Source: an uncultured virus (IMG/VR IMGVR_UViG_3300010391_000110) (Duplodnaviria > Heunggongvirae > Uroviricota > Caudoviricetes). Taken from it: 64,000 nucleotides of DNA. The notes beneath the pieces were generated by a model. The model was not told where the DNA came from, did no database searches, and worked only from the letters and a program-made list of their open reading frames with translations. This document shows, piece after piece, positions 8,385 through 17,721 of the stretch (within the stretch, counting starts at the first letter, position 1; every line of letters starts with the position of its first letter). Location of the stretch: the IMG/VR virus record IMGVR_UViG_3300010391_000110; one strand, written 5' to 3'. Made by a program: the position numbers and the translations under genes.

Positions 8385-9862
8385 CGAACACCCCCTCTCC
8401 GACCGTACTCCGTGAAGAGGTCAGGCTGCGCGAGCGCGATCCGGGCCAGCTTCGCCCCGAGCTTGCAGAGCGCGTCGTGGTAGGCCTCGCTCAGATGGTC
8501 GCCGCTGAAGTGATGCCCGAACTCATGGACCAGAAGTTCGTCGACCGCCTCGCGCGGCCCCTGATCGAACCACGCATGCCCCAGGCAGGCCAGATTGAAG
8601 GTCAGGGATCCCGGCGCATACCACGCCGCATGGCGCTCCGTGAAGCGGTTCACGATCCTGACGTGGAGGGTCGTGTCGAGAAGAAGGCTCCCGATCATGT
8701 GGGCGTATTTGAAAACCTGCGTCATGCCGTTCGTCCACTTCTCGAGCGGCACCTCGTCGTCCTTCCCGCCGCCGCTCTCGAGCACCTTAGGCGACGGGGT
8801 CACCTGGCCGGCGGGGAGCGCGGCCTCGTGGCGCCTCACGTTCGCCCACTCGTCCCTGGAGAGCGAGCCGCCGTGGATCACCGTGTAGCCCTGGGACATC
8901 GCGAGCTTCGTCCCTTCTGGGTCGGTCAGATCGGAGATCACCCGCTTCTCCCCGAAGCGCTGGGTGACGACGTGCTTGATCGCGGCCGAAGAGATGTCCT
9001 CGTCTTCGGCGGCGTCGCGGACCCACGGGGCCGTCGCCTCCTCCTGCTGGACCTCCTTGTACATCTCGTTCAGGACGAGCGTCCGGATCTCCTGCAGGTA
9101 GGCCGGGGTCACGTTGTCGCGGTCGGAGTTGAGGGGGACCTTCTGCATGACGTTGTAGTGCCACTTGTCGGCGGTCTCGACAACGGGGATCCCCATCTCG
9201 TAGACCGAGGCCGTCTCCCCCTGGAGAGGCTCAAAGACCTCGATGGCCGTCTTCCTGGCCGACCGGCGCAGGACGCCCTCGGCGTCCGCGATCTCGGTCG
9301 GCAGCGTCGCCTCGATCCGGCGTAGCGGCGTCCGGGCGGGCAGGATCGTGGCGCCGTTGAACGTGGTCACGACCCCGGCGGGAGGGATGAGCTTCATGAA
9401 CGCCGCCGCAACGGAGACGCGCTCCTCCTGGTTCATCCGCACCAGGGCCAAGAACCTGGAACCCGTCTCGCGCTTGGTCCGCAGCGCACGCCGGCCGTCG
9501 ACGTCGAAGGCCACTCCTCCGGTCGTCGTCTCGATGCTGGCCGTGCGGCAGAGTGCCAGGACGAGCTTCTCCCCAAGGTTGAAGCGGCCCCGCTTCTCGG
9601 CGTCGGCCTTCCTGTCGCTCTCGGCGTAGAGCGTCCAGGCGTGGGCGAGGTCCTTCCAGCCGTCCGGATGGTCGTCGATGACCTCGATCTGGGCGTAGCC
9701 CTTGATCTCGGAGCGGCGCAGCGAGACGTCGACCTTCTTAGCGTTGGTGTCCCAGCTGTTCTGGAGCAACTCGTAGAGGATGAACTCCTTGCCCTTGCGC
9801 TCCATGAGCTTGGCAAGGCCCTCCTTGTCGACCTGGAACCAAGATGCGGTGGGGACCGTCAC
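8381..9862 (-). CDS. GHKL (HSP90/MutL-like) ATPase fused to a C-terminal HExxH metallopeptidase-like domain
   Basis: ELLQNSWD, IDDHPDG and GRFNLGEK motifs; C-terminal LVHEFGHH...DH; likely start GTG 9862 overlapping the upstream TGA. Confidence 0.8.
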   Translation of the reverse strand: MTVPTASWFQVDKEGLAKLMERKGKEFILYELLQNSWDTNAKKVDVSLRRSEIKGYAQIEVIDDHPDGWKDLAHAWTLYAESDRKADAEKRGRFNLGEKLVLALCRTASIETTTGGVAFDVDGRRALRTKRETGSRFLALVRMNQEERVSVAAAFMKLIPPAGVVTTFNGATILPARTPLRRIEATLPTEIADAEGVLRRSARKTAIEVFEPLQGETASVYEMGIPVVETADKWHYNVMQKVPLNSDRDNVTPAYLQEIRTLVLNEMYKEVQQEEATAPWVRDAAEDEDISSAAIKHVVTQRFGEKRVISDLTDPEGTKLAMSQGYTVIHGGSLSRDEWANVRRHEAALPAGQVTPSPKVLESGGGKDDEVPLEKWTNGMTQVFKYAHMIGSLLLDTTLHVRIVNRFTERHAAWYAPGSLTFNLACLGHAWFDQGPREAVDELLVHEFGHHFSGDHLSEAYHDALCKLGAKLARIALAQPDLFTEYGRRGGVR

Positions 9863-10230
9863 AGCGCACCGCCCTTCGCGCTGTCCTCCGGGATCAGGAT
9901 CTCCACCCAGTCGCTGATGAGGCGGCCGGGCCTGGCGCCCTGCCAGAAGCGGCCGTTGTAGGAGAAGTGTCCGATCGTCTTCTTGCCGAGCTTGACGATG
10001 GGGCAGCCCCAGTTGCCGCCTCCGAGTTCCCACTTGTTCCGGTAGGCCTCGGCATGGGAGCGCATCTCGGCGAGCGTCAGGCCCGTGGCGACTTCCGGTT
10101 CGCTCACCGGGGCGTACTGCCCGAAGTCAGGGTTCCCGTAGCTCCGGAGCTTCATCGTGAAGCCACCGGCCTTCCGGACCTCCTCCGGCGTGAACGACAG
10201 CGTGACCTGCTTGACCGTGTCCGTGTCCAT
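9859..10230 (-). CDS. Conserved phage hypothetical protein (GNPDF...GGGNW...SYNGR)
   Basis: ATG 10230 with SD GGAGGGG; first gene behind the 10.37-kb promoter. Confidence 0.7.
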   Translation of the reverse strand: MDTDTVKQVTLSFTPEEVRKAGGFTMKLRSYGNPDFGQYAPVSEPEVATGLTLAEMRSHAEAYRNKWELGGGNWGCPIVKLGKKTIGHFSYNGRFWQGARPGRLISDWVEILIPEDSAKGGAL

Positions 10231-10253
10231 GACCGACCCCTCCGTGTTTCCCG

Positions 10254-10368
10254 TTGTCCCGGGCGCCGCGGCGCAGGCTCCATCCGATCGAGGGTGTGAA
10301 AGGACTCGACGAGGACGGCCCACGCCGCGACGCCTGGGACAAGAAGAAACGCCGAGCCCTTTCACGCC
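10254..10368 (-). ncRNA. Structured 5' leader with two interleaved long helices
   Basis: 10368-10350 pairs with 10311-10293 (19 positions, 2 GU, 1 mismatch); 10342-10323 pairs with 10273-10254 (20 positions, 1 GU, 1 mismatch). Confidence 0.6.
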
Positions 10369-10369
10369 A

Positions 10370-10401
10370 TGAGTTTACTGCGTATACTCACGCGGAGTCA
10401 A
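10370..10401 (-). promoter_or_regulatory. sigma70 promoter TTGACT-N18-TAAACT with overlapping palindromic operator
   Basis: TGAGTTTAC-TGC-GTATACTCA; ~50-bp near-identical copy at 12523-12572. Confidence 0.8.
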
Positions 10402-10443
10402 GGGGAATCGGCTATCTCATAGTGAGTTTCTCCGGCCGTTAGC

Positions 10444-10809
10444 TTAGAGATACCCCTGTATGCTCGCCACGCGCTCGACCTGGTCCGCCAGGGCGGTGAG
10501 CTGACGGACGTCCGTCGACAGCTGACCTGTCCGGTCGCCGCGCTTGACCGTCTCCTCCCACCGGGCCTCGGCACGAAGCGCGTCAGCGAAGGCCTTGAAG
10601 TCGGGCCGGCCGTTCAGGGTGCATCGGCCGTCCTGGAGTTCGGCGACTTGACTCTCGAGCTGTGCGAGCTCCTTGTCGTAGCTCTCGCAGAGCTCGCGCC
10701 AGCCTTCGACGGTCTTCGGCTCGCAGGAATCCCTGAGCTTGGACATGAAGCCCTGGACTTCCCGGAGGACGACCTCGCGGTGCTCCGGAGGTATCATGTT
10801 CCCGCTCAT
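10444..10809 (-). CDS. Coiled-coil hypothetical protein
   Basis: Likely start ATG 10809. Confidence 0.5.
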   Translation of the reverse strand: MSGNMIPPEHREVVLREVQGFMSKLRDSCEPKTVEGWRELCESYDKELAQLESQVAELQDGRCTLNGRPDFKAFADALRAEARWEETVKRGDRTGQLSTDVRQLTALADQVERVASIQGYL

Positions 10810-12102
10810 GCCCGCACCGTGACGGCGCGCTTGTAGACGAGCGCGGCCAGGACCGCCCAGCAGAAGACGGTCCCGGCGAGCTGGAGGGCATCCCATCCCG
10901 CCAGGCACGCGTTCACCGTCTGGATGCCACAGACCGCTCCCTGGATGCAGATCCAGGTCATCAGGGGTTGCTTCATGGTCAGACCTCCAATCTTAGGCGA
11001 CTACTCTACCCCCTGCGCGAATTCGGCCTCGTCACTTTGCGCGATCTGTCTCGCCGTCTCCTTGGCCCCGTAGAGGTCTAGCCCCTTATCGCAAAGCTCG
11101 TCGCAAGTGCAGGACTTGCAACCATCCCGATGCGCCCTGTACGCAGCGGCCGCCAGTTCCTTCACGTTCGGTTCGGGCATCTCGATCATCTGTAATTCTC
11201 CTTTTCCCAAGTTCAGTCAGTCCAGTTCTTTAGCGAACCAGCGACTCGTCGATCCGGATCCCGAGACGCGCAAGCGCCTCGATCGATTTCGGGTGAAGCC
11301 CGCACGCCTCGCACAGGTGGACCTGCTCGATCAGTTCTCCGTCAGCCTTCGTGACGCTGACCGAAAGGACCGCCTTCCTCTCACACTCGCATTTCCTCTC
11401 GTTCCGCATGCTTTCCTCCCTTTACGGCTTCGCGTGGACGCTCTCGGGGTAGTACCTCTTCCACCAGCAACTCGCGTGGAAGTCGCCGTCCTTGGTTCTC
11501 ACCCAGTCCCCATCGATCCTGAGTTTGCAATCCGCGCACGGTGAAGGGGGCCTGGGCCTCTTGCCGGTTCTTCCTGGCATATCAAGCGTTCGCCTTTCCG
11601 CTCTGCCCGATCCGCGCCGCCGCCAGCGCGCGGGCCTTCTCCTTTTCGTTCGCGAACCTGTTGTCGGGGACTTCCCAGCCTTCGGCGCAGGCCCGGCAGA
11701 TGCCGGTCTTGCTTTCGGGGGGCCCGAAAAGCGGAACGTTGCACGCCTCGGTGACCGTCTCGCTACGCCCCTTGCCGGTCTTGCCCGTCACGAGGTCAAG
11801 CGTCCCGTGGGTCCGCCTGAACGTCCGCATGACGGTGCAGGAGTTGTGGTAGCGGCGCTTCATGGCTGCACCTGGACCTGGCTCTCTTCCCTCTTCCCCA
11901 GCGCTTTCTGCTTCTCCAGCGCTTCCTTCTTCTCGAGCTCGACGCAGTAGTCCTGCCAGTGCCTCCAGCAGTACCTCTGCTGAAGTCCCTTGGCGTCCAG
12001 GAACTGGAGGCCGGCCCCGGGGTCCAGGGCCTGGCGGCACTTCGGGCGCGTGCAGTGCGTCGAGTTCCAGCCGTCGTCGTCCATGGAGTCTCTCTGCTTC
12101 AT
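10806..12102 (-). other. Run of small genes: one two-TM peptide (10806..10976) and several Cys/His Zn-finger-like peptides (e.g. 11001..11210, 11582..11863, 11860..12102)
   Basis: Coupled short ORFs with CxxC/HxxC pairs and SD sites; some fall below the ORF-track cut-off. Confidence 0.55.
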
Positions 12103-12104
12103 GG

Positions 12105-12503
12105 CTACACCAGTCCCGCGCAGACGGGGCCGATCCCGGTCTTCACCGACTCGGGATTCGTCAGGTGCCGATTGCAGACCAGGCAGCGGCCGTCCAGCAT
12201 GAACTCGTAGTTCTTGGCCCACGGCGAGAGCCCGGCGTCGAGGGAGAGGCTCCAGAGCATCTCGGCGTATTTCCCCCAGATCTCCCCCTGCTTGGCCTTC
12301 GACGTCCAGACGCGGATGCCCTCGTCCGCCACGAAGGCGAAGCCCGTGTAGTCGTGATCGTTGTCGGACCCCGTCAGGAGCCCGAGGATCCGCTGCCCGG
12401 ACGCGAACTCAGCGTCCTTGGGTTGCGTGTGGATCCGGAACGTCCGATGCTCCCCGGTGACACGGGATTTGAGCGTGTAGAAGCCGTTGAAAATTTTCGC
12501 CAC
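12105..12503 (-). CDS. DUF6011-like protein
   Basis: C-terminal GRCLVCNRHLTNPESVKTGIGPVC motif; SD GAGGAGG. Confidence 0.75.
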   Translation of the reverse strand: MAKIFNGFYTLKSRVTGEHRTFRIHTQPKDAEFASGQRILGLLTGSDNDHDYTGFAFVADEGIRVWTSKAKQGEIWGKYAEMLWSLSLDAGLSPWAKNYEFMLDGRCLVCNRHLTNPESVKTGIGPVCAGLV

Positions 12504-12538
12504 AAGCCCTCCTCGTCGTTAAGAGTCCTTTCACGCCA

Positions 12539-12570
12539 TGAGTATACTGCGTATACTCAAGGCAAGTCAA
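12539..12570 (-). promoter_or_regulatory. sigma70 promoter TTGACT-N18-TATACT with perfect palindromic operator TGAGTATAC-TGC-GTATACTCA
   Basis: Read directly; operator 12539-12559 overlaps the -10 box and spacer. Confidence 0.85.
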
Positions 12571-12602
12571 GGACAAATCGACGGGCCGTGGCGGGGCAGG
12601 CG

Positions 12603-13178
12603 TCAGGCCGGCTTTCCGTCGGGAGCCTGCGCCGGGGGGGCGTCCGGAGCGGGCGCGAGCGCGAACCCAGGCACCTTCTGGGCCACGGCCTCGAAAAGCC
12701 GAAGCATGGATCGGTAGCGGCCGGGATCGTACTCGTCCGGCCCACCGAAGGGCAGTTTGGCCAGGTCGACGAGCACCGTCCCGCGCGGGGTGAGGTAGGC
12801 CTTGCTCGTGCCGTCTTGGTAGAGGACCTGGGCGCCGCCGGCGCGCCGCATCCGGATCCGCGCAGCCTCCTCCGCGAACCACTGGCGGGTGGGCACGTCG
12901 GCAGCGATCTCTGGATTCCCCGCCCACTCGAGGATCCAGCATTCCTGGCAGAGGAAGCCGCCCTGGTGCGGGCCGCCCTTGAACGGGACGCTCGAAGGTT
13001 TCCGATGGACCGGGGCGCCGCACTGCGCGCACATCGTCGGGACCGGCGCGCCGCCCTGGAGGAGGAGCGGGTTCCCGATCTTGAGCGGCCCGCCCGGAGG
13101 ACGCAACTCCCCGAGAGGGGCTGCAGGGACGACCTTTCTCACCTCCGGGGCGCGCTGGATGTTGACGTCGTCGCTCAC
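12603..13178 (-). CDS. Zn-finger-containing hypothetical protein
   Basis: CAQC...CQEC; GTGA overlap. Confidence 0.6.
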   Translation of the reverse strand: MSDDVNIQRAPEVRKVVPAAPLGELRPPGGPLKIGNPLLLQGGAPVPTMCAQCGAPVHRKPSSVPFKGGPHQGGFLCQECWILEWAGNPEIAADVPTRQWFAEEAARIRMRRAGGAQVLYQDGTSKAYLTPRGTVLVDLAKLPFGGPDEYDPGRYRSMLRLFEAVAQKVPGFALAPAPDAPPAQAPDGKPA

Positions 13179-13786
13179 AGTCCGTCCTCCATCAGATGCC
13201 TCACTTCGTCCGCCGCAGCCGTTTCGTCCCGGCGGGCGAGGATCGCCAGGTGGATCCGCGCGGTCGTGCGCGCGTCGTCAAGGGCGCGGTGGAACCGCTC
13301 AGCCTTGACGCCGAAGAAGACCGCGGCTTCCGAGAGCTTCGGGCGCTTGGGCTTTCCGAAGCGCAACGGGAGCGCGCCGGCGGCGGCCATGACCGACTTG
13401 GCCGCCTCCATGATGCAGTCGCCCCAGAGCATGACCGGGACCGACCAGGGGGCCCGCCCGAGGAAACCGCGTTCGAACTCCAGCGGATAGGCGTGGAGCC
13501 GGCCGTACTTCCGGATCCACTCCCTGAACTCCAGGGCGACCTGGTCGATGGGCCTTGCGTTCCGAACCTCGGCCGGATCGATCCCGGAGATGTCGAAAGC
13601 GTTGGGATCAGAATTTTGCATGGCCCAGTCGCCTGGGAATGCCAGGCTCTGGAACTCACCGACCTCCAGGCCGCCCGGATCCACCGCGATGGCTCCCACC
13701 TCCACGACGCTGTGGTAGACGGGGTCCAGCCCGGAGGTCTCGAGATCGCAGTATACGCGGGCTACTTGCACCATGCTGTCCGTCAT
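13175..13786 (-). CDS. DEDDh 3'-5' exonuclease (DnaQ-like)
   Basis: DLETSGLDP...VEVGAI and HRALDDA motifs. Confidence 0.9.
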   Translation of the reverse strand: MTDSMVQVARVYCDLETSGLDPVYHSVVEVGAIAVDPGGLEVGEFQSLAFPGDWAMQNSDPNAFDISGIDPAEVRNARPIDQVALEFREWIRKYGRLHAYPLEFERGFLGRAPWSVPVMLWGDCIMEAAKSVMAAAGALPLRFGKPKRPKLSEAAVFFGVKAERFHRALDDARTTARIHLAILARRDETAAADEVRHLMEDGL

Positions 13787-13914
13787 CGTATCATTCCTGA
13801 TGCCGTAAGGCGACTTTCCCTTTTCTCCCTCTCTCCAGGTCGGGCCGCCGGTCGGGCGGGGAACCCTCGATCGGCGGCCTGGCTCCTTTGCATGCCGGCC
13901 GACGCGCAGAGAGC

Positions 13915-14163
13915 CTAGAAACTGTCCGGGTTGAAGTCACCTTCCCCTTCCCTTTCCCGGCCGGGATCCCGGCCATCGTCATCGCCATCGCCATCGCCTG
14001 CAAGGTAGCGCTCGTGGAGCTCCCGGAGCTTGGCCTCCTGCTTTGGGCTGATCGGACGACCGTCATTAAGGCGCAGCAGGACGCTCTCGAGAAAGTCAGC
14101 CTCCCAGCTGCTGACATCGCGGTCCATGCCGTCCAGGGCCACTGCCATCTCGAGAAGGGTCAT
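13915..14163 (-). CDS. Hypothetical protein (WE.DFLES...SPKQ)
   Basis: 82-aa ORF with acidic tail. Confidence 0.6.
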   Translation of the reverse strand: MTLLEMAVALDGMDRDVSSWEADFLESVLLRLNDGRPISPKQEAKLRELHERYLAGDGDGDDDGRDPGREREGEGDFNPDSF

Positions 14164-14185
14164 TCACACCTTCAAAGTGCATTTA

Positions 14186-14491
14186 TTACTTGTGCGGTTG
14201 TTCCGCCGGAGGAGGGTCGACCTGGCCGCCCTTCCTGACCGCCTGCGTCTCGGCCTTTACTTTCGCCCGCTGCTCCGGCGTGAGTTGCTCCCACGCCTTC
14301 TGGTTTTCGAAGTCCTTCTCGAATGCCGGTGGAAGCTCGATGCCGTAGTAGCGGACGCGATCCGCCGGGAAATTCCCGATGATGACGTCGTTCCGGATGA
14401 TGTGGATGACGTTCCCGTGTGCGGCCATCTTAGCCACGGTCGCGTCTGGAAACGCCAGGATGCGCCCTTCGGACACGATGTAGACGGGCAT
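14186..14491 (-). CDS. Hypothetical protein
   Basis: SD GAGGAG; 101 aa. Confidence 0.6.
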   Translation of the reverse strand: MPVYIVSEGRILAFPDATVAKMAAHGNVIHIIRNDVIIGNFPADRVRYYGIELPPAFEKDFENQKAWEQLTPEQRAKVKAETQAVRKGGQVDPPPAEQPHK

Positions 14492-14612
14492 TCTTTACTC
14501 CTCTACCACCTTCAACGAATCTTCCCCAACATCGAGCACGTCATGGGACCGCTTTTCAGGTGGTAGATCGCCGCTCGGACAGCCACTTCTGTTTTTGTCA
14601 TCTGGTTCTCGG

Positions 14613-14939
14613 TTACGGCGCCAGCCGAACCCCCATCTTCCGCTCGATCCGGTCGAGCACGGCCTTCTCCAAGTCGATCGGGCCGCCCGGGCTTTTAAGC
14701 GCGAGCTGAACCGTGCAGATCACGAGATCAGCGAGGTACTTCTCGACGTCCGAAACCTTAAACGGCTGATATCCGTGATCCGCCTCCTCGACCATCTCGA
14801 TGAGCCTTCCAGTTACCTTCATGACGTGCAGGAGCGCATGCTGGAAGTCCTTGTACCTGGATGGGGACTCCTTGAACTCCTTACTGTAGAGTTCGTCGGT
14901 CCACAGTTTCGGGAGCTCGCCCTGCAAGACCTTTAGCAT
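14613..14939 (-). CDS. MazG-like all-alpha NTP pyrophosphohydrolase-fold protein (degenerate)
   Basis: ALLHVMKVTGRL...LADLVI...IDLEKAV pattern; catalytic glutamates partly missing. Confidence 0.45.
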   Translation of the reverse strand: MLKVLQGELPKLWTDELYSKEFKESPSRYKDFQHALLHVMKVTGRLIEMVEEADHGYQPFKVSDVEKYLADLVICTVQLALKSPGGPIDLEKAVLDRIERKMGVRLAP

Positions 14940-15161
14940 ACCGATCTCCTCTAGTGCTCTTCTGCGCCGCGCTCAACGCTCGGCTTCGTTCAGAACTTGC
15001 TCCAGCATCTCATGCAGGGAAACTCCCGCCCGGTACTTAGCTTCCTGCCAAGTGAACAAGCCGGGGTGCGGATCCTTGAGGATCCCAAGGAGCCTTTCAC
15101 ACGCCTCGGCTATCTCTTTGTCCGCTGGGGCTTCCATGGAGTTCTCCTTGAGTTGGAGCGC

Positions 15162-15425
15162 TCAATCCGCCTTCTTCGCCTGCCCGTTCCCGTTGAAAGG
15201 CAGTTCTTGCTGAGCCTGGGTGCTCGGCTTCTCGTTGACCACGGGAGCCTCGGGCGCGGCTACTCCACGTCGGAGGTCCAGGCGCGGGCAGTTGTGGGCC
15301 GTCGGCTCCGCGTGCGCCTGGCACCACACCAGGTTGCAGCCGCGGCACCATTTGGACCACGGCGCACCGCACTGGGCGGCGCACTTCGCCGCCGGAAAGA
15401 CGGCCGCCGGCTCGCTATGTCTCAC
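15162..15425 (-). CDS. AN1-type Zn-finger-like protein
   Basis: CAAQC...CRGCNLVWCQAH....HNC. Confidence 0.6.
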   Translation of the reverse strand: MRHSEPAAVFPAAKCAAQCGAPWSKWCRGCNLVWCQAHAEPTAHNCPRLDLRRGVAAPEAPVVNEKPSTQAQQELPFNGNGQAKKAD

Positions 15426-15688
15426 AGGTCACCCTCCCAGAAAGGTATGCCCTCGAGTTTGAGGTGGGCCAGCATGCCGGACTTAGGAAACCCTGGATTC
15501 TTGAAGAAGTCGAGCAGCGCGCCGGTCAGCTTGCCGTCGCTAAGGTCCTCGAGGATCAGGCGGCACATGAAGCAGCCCCTGTCCTGCGCGTCGGGGATGC
15601 GTTTCCTGAGGGCGTCCATGAGCTCCGTCATACGGCGCTCCCGGTCGGGATCGGCCTGGGCAGCGTCGGTTGATGCTCCTTGAGCCAT
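15422..15688 (-). CDS. Hypothetical protein
   Basis: SD AAGGAG, ATG 15688; CFMC. Confidence 0.5.
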   Translation of the reverse strand: MAQGASTDAAQADPDRERRMTELMDALRKRIPDAQDRGCFMCRLILEDLSDGKLTGALLDFFKNPGFPKSGMLAHLKLEGIPFWEGDL

Positions 15689-16374
15689 GCCAGGATCTCC
15701 TTTTCGTAGCCGTTCCCGCGGATCCTTCCGGCAGCCGCCCTCTCGAGCGCCCGGACGACCCTGACGCGCTTGAGGCAGAACTGCCTCGGGTTGCGCCAGA
15801 ACCTCCTGCCGAAGGCGATGTACCAGCTGGGGTTCCGGCTCTCGACCACGCGAATCTTGTGGCCGTCGAAGTGCGGGTCCGGGGCGGGGACGAGCGCGAT
15901 CCGGTTCTGCTCGCGCTCGAGCGCCTCCAGGGCGCACCTGGCCAGATCGATCTCCTCGGGGGTGGCGTACCGCGTCATCGTGCGCGAGTCGATCCCCTTC
16001 GGGGCGCTTGGCTGCTTGACGGGCCGGTACTTGACGTCGGGCCGGCGCGCGCGCCTGTAGCGCCCTGGATGACGCTGGATTCCCGCCCGGCCCTTCCGCG
16101 CCATATCCTGCATGTTCTCCTCCCGCGTCCCCCAGGACAGGTGTGATGGATTGCAGCAGCAAGGGTTGTCGCAAGCGTGGCAGGCGTGGAGGTCCGGGTC
16201 CGGCATCCCCCTGGAAAGGATGAGCGCCGCTCTGGGGGCCGTCACCGTTCCGCCCTCGAGATGGAATCGTCCTCGGCCGTCCTCGTCCTTCCAGCCCGTC
16301 CACGGCCAGCAGGCCTCCGGGCCGGCCGAGCGATCGACGCGCCCCCAGAACCGTTCCGACAGGTCCTGGGTCAC
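15628..16374 (-). CDS. HNH endonuclease-domain protein
   Basis: RFWGRVD...CWPWTG...ACHACDNPCCCNPSHLSWGTREENMQD. Confidence 0.85.
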   Translation of the reverse strand: MTQDLSERFWGRVDRSAGPEACWPWTGWKDEDGRGRFHLEGGTVTAPRAALILSRGMPDPDLHACHACDNPCCCNPSHLSWGTREENMQDMARKGRAGIQRHPGRYRRARRPDVKYRPVKQPSAPKGIDSRTMTRYATPEEIDLARCALEALEREQNRIALVPAPDPHFDGHKIRVVESRNPSWYIAFGRRFWRNPRQFCLKRVRVVRALERAAAGRIRGNGYEKEILAWLKEHQPTLPRPIPTGSAV

Positions 16375-16754
16375 TTCTTCTCCCCGGACTTTCCGGCCTC
16401 CATCTTGAAGAGGTTCAGCATGTAGTCGTTCCCCGGATCGATCCCGCGGCAGATGCAGGAGAAAATCGCGTTCATATCCTCGACCAGGGCGAGGAAGGCC
16501 GCCGGGTTCCGCTTGAGGTCGCCCATCGTGTTAACGTCCTTCATCTCCCCGTGACCCTTTCGGTGGGAGAGGGCCATCATGACCGCCAGGTTGAGCGCGG
16601 CGTGCAAGAGCGCCGAGCCCTTGTGGCAATCCGGCAGCTTAGTGAGACTGACGATGCCGACCGCAGTGGAGCTCGCAGCGGACATGATCGCGAAGGCCTG
16701 GTCGGCCAGGACGTTCACGGCGGCGGCCTCTTCCTTCGTGAGGGGGCAGAACAT
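16371..16754 (-). CDS. Hypothetical protein
   Basis: 127-aa ORF in operon. Confidence 0.55.
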   Translation of the reverse strand: MFCPLTKEEAAAVNVLADQAFAIMSAASSTAVGIVSLTKLPDCHKGSALLHAALNLAVMMALSHRKGHGEMKDVNTMGDLKRNPAAFLALVEDMNAIFSCICRGIDPGNDYMLNLFKMEAGKSGEKK

Positions 16755-16756
16755 TT

Positions 16757-17221
16757 TTATCGAGCCTCCGATGCTTGGGGAAAAGTCTTCTGGATCAGTT
16801 CGACTGCACGAAGAGCCCCGTCGCGCTCAGCGCCGGGTTCAGTCAGGGCCAGGTCGACCATCGTCTGCCACGGCGTGCCTCGAGCGCCGAAGCGGATCGG
16901 CGTCGACACGCCTGGCATCGAGACGATCGCGGTCAGGCCGGAGGCCTTGAACGTCGAGACGGTCATGGCCTCGATCACCGCGAAGTCCTCCTGGCCGCTG
17001 AGTTCGTAGGGCCAGCAGCCTCCGTTGCGCTCGAGGAGGAGCGCCACCCAGCGGAGCTTTCCGCGGCAGAAAGCGGTCTCGCCGGCGCCGCAGCCACAAC
17101 TGCCTTTCCAGCCTGAAGCGCAGCGCAGGCCCCGCATCCAGGTCTCGCCCAGGTAGGCCGCCCCCTTCTTGAGGCGGTCGTCCATGGCCTCCAGTTTGAG
17201 CTCGATAAGCCTGTCGGTCAT
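16757..17221 (-). CDS. Hypothetical Cys-containing protein
   Basis: SD GGAGGA, ATG 17221. Confidence 0.55.
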   Translation of the reverse strand: MTDRLIELKLEAMDDRLKKGAAYLGETWMRGLRCASGWKGSCGCGAGETAFCRGKLRWVALLLERNGGCWPYELSGQEDFAVIEAMTVSTFKASGLTAIVSMPGVSTPIRFGARGTPWQTMVDLALTEPGAERDGALRAVELIQKTFPQASEAR

Positions 17222-17238
17222 GCAGTCCTCCGGTATGG

Positions 17239-17600
17239 GGGACAGTCTGTCCCATGGGGCACATGAAGTGCCTTTTTGTGCTTTGGGGCACATGGATTTT
17301 TCGCATGTGCTCCAAGGTAACCAGTTGGGCAGCAATGGTATCTGGATTTTTCGTCGCCTTGGGGCACATTGGGGCACGTGCGAGCAATATCCATACTTAT
17401 ATACCCCCTCTTATATATATTTTCCCCCTCCCCTCCTCCCCCTCCCCCCCTCTTTTTTCTCTTTCTCTGCGTAAGAGATATAACAATAGGAGTTTTGGTG
17501 CCCCAATCTGCCCCATTCTTCGACTCCAAACGCGCATCCAGTTGAAAATCAGTGATTAAAAAACGGGGCATGTTCATTGGGGCACCAAAGTGCTCATTCG
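17239..17600 (+). repeat. Putative replication origin: (T)TGGGGCAC iterons flanking an AT-rich/polypyrimidine tract
   Basis: Direct copies at 17255, 17283, 17359, 17369 and 17577; inverted copies at 17498 and 17509; TATATAT and C/T tract at 17395-17470; lies just downstream of the primase-helicase. Confidence 0.7.
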
Positions 17601-17721
17601 CCATGAACCGCATTTGCTTTGAAATTTCACAGCCTGTAGACTTTCCATACACGAGGCCTGATCGGCCGCCGTCGAGCGCCAGGCCGATCTCCATGGCCGC
17701 GTTCATGCCCATGTTCCAGTC

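Noticed and set aside
14936..14980. In-frame TGA between two minus-strand ORFs upstream of the MazG-like gene
   Set aside because: The downstream ATG has its own GAGGAG SD, and there is no Cys-like context.
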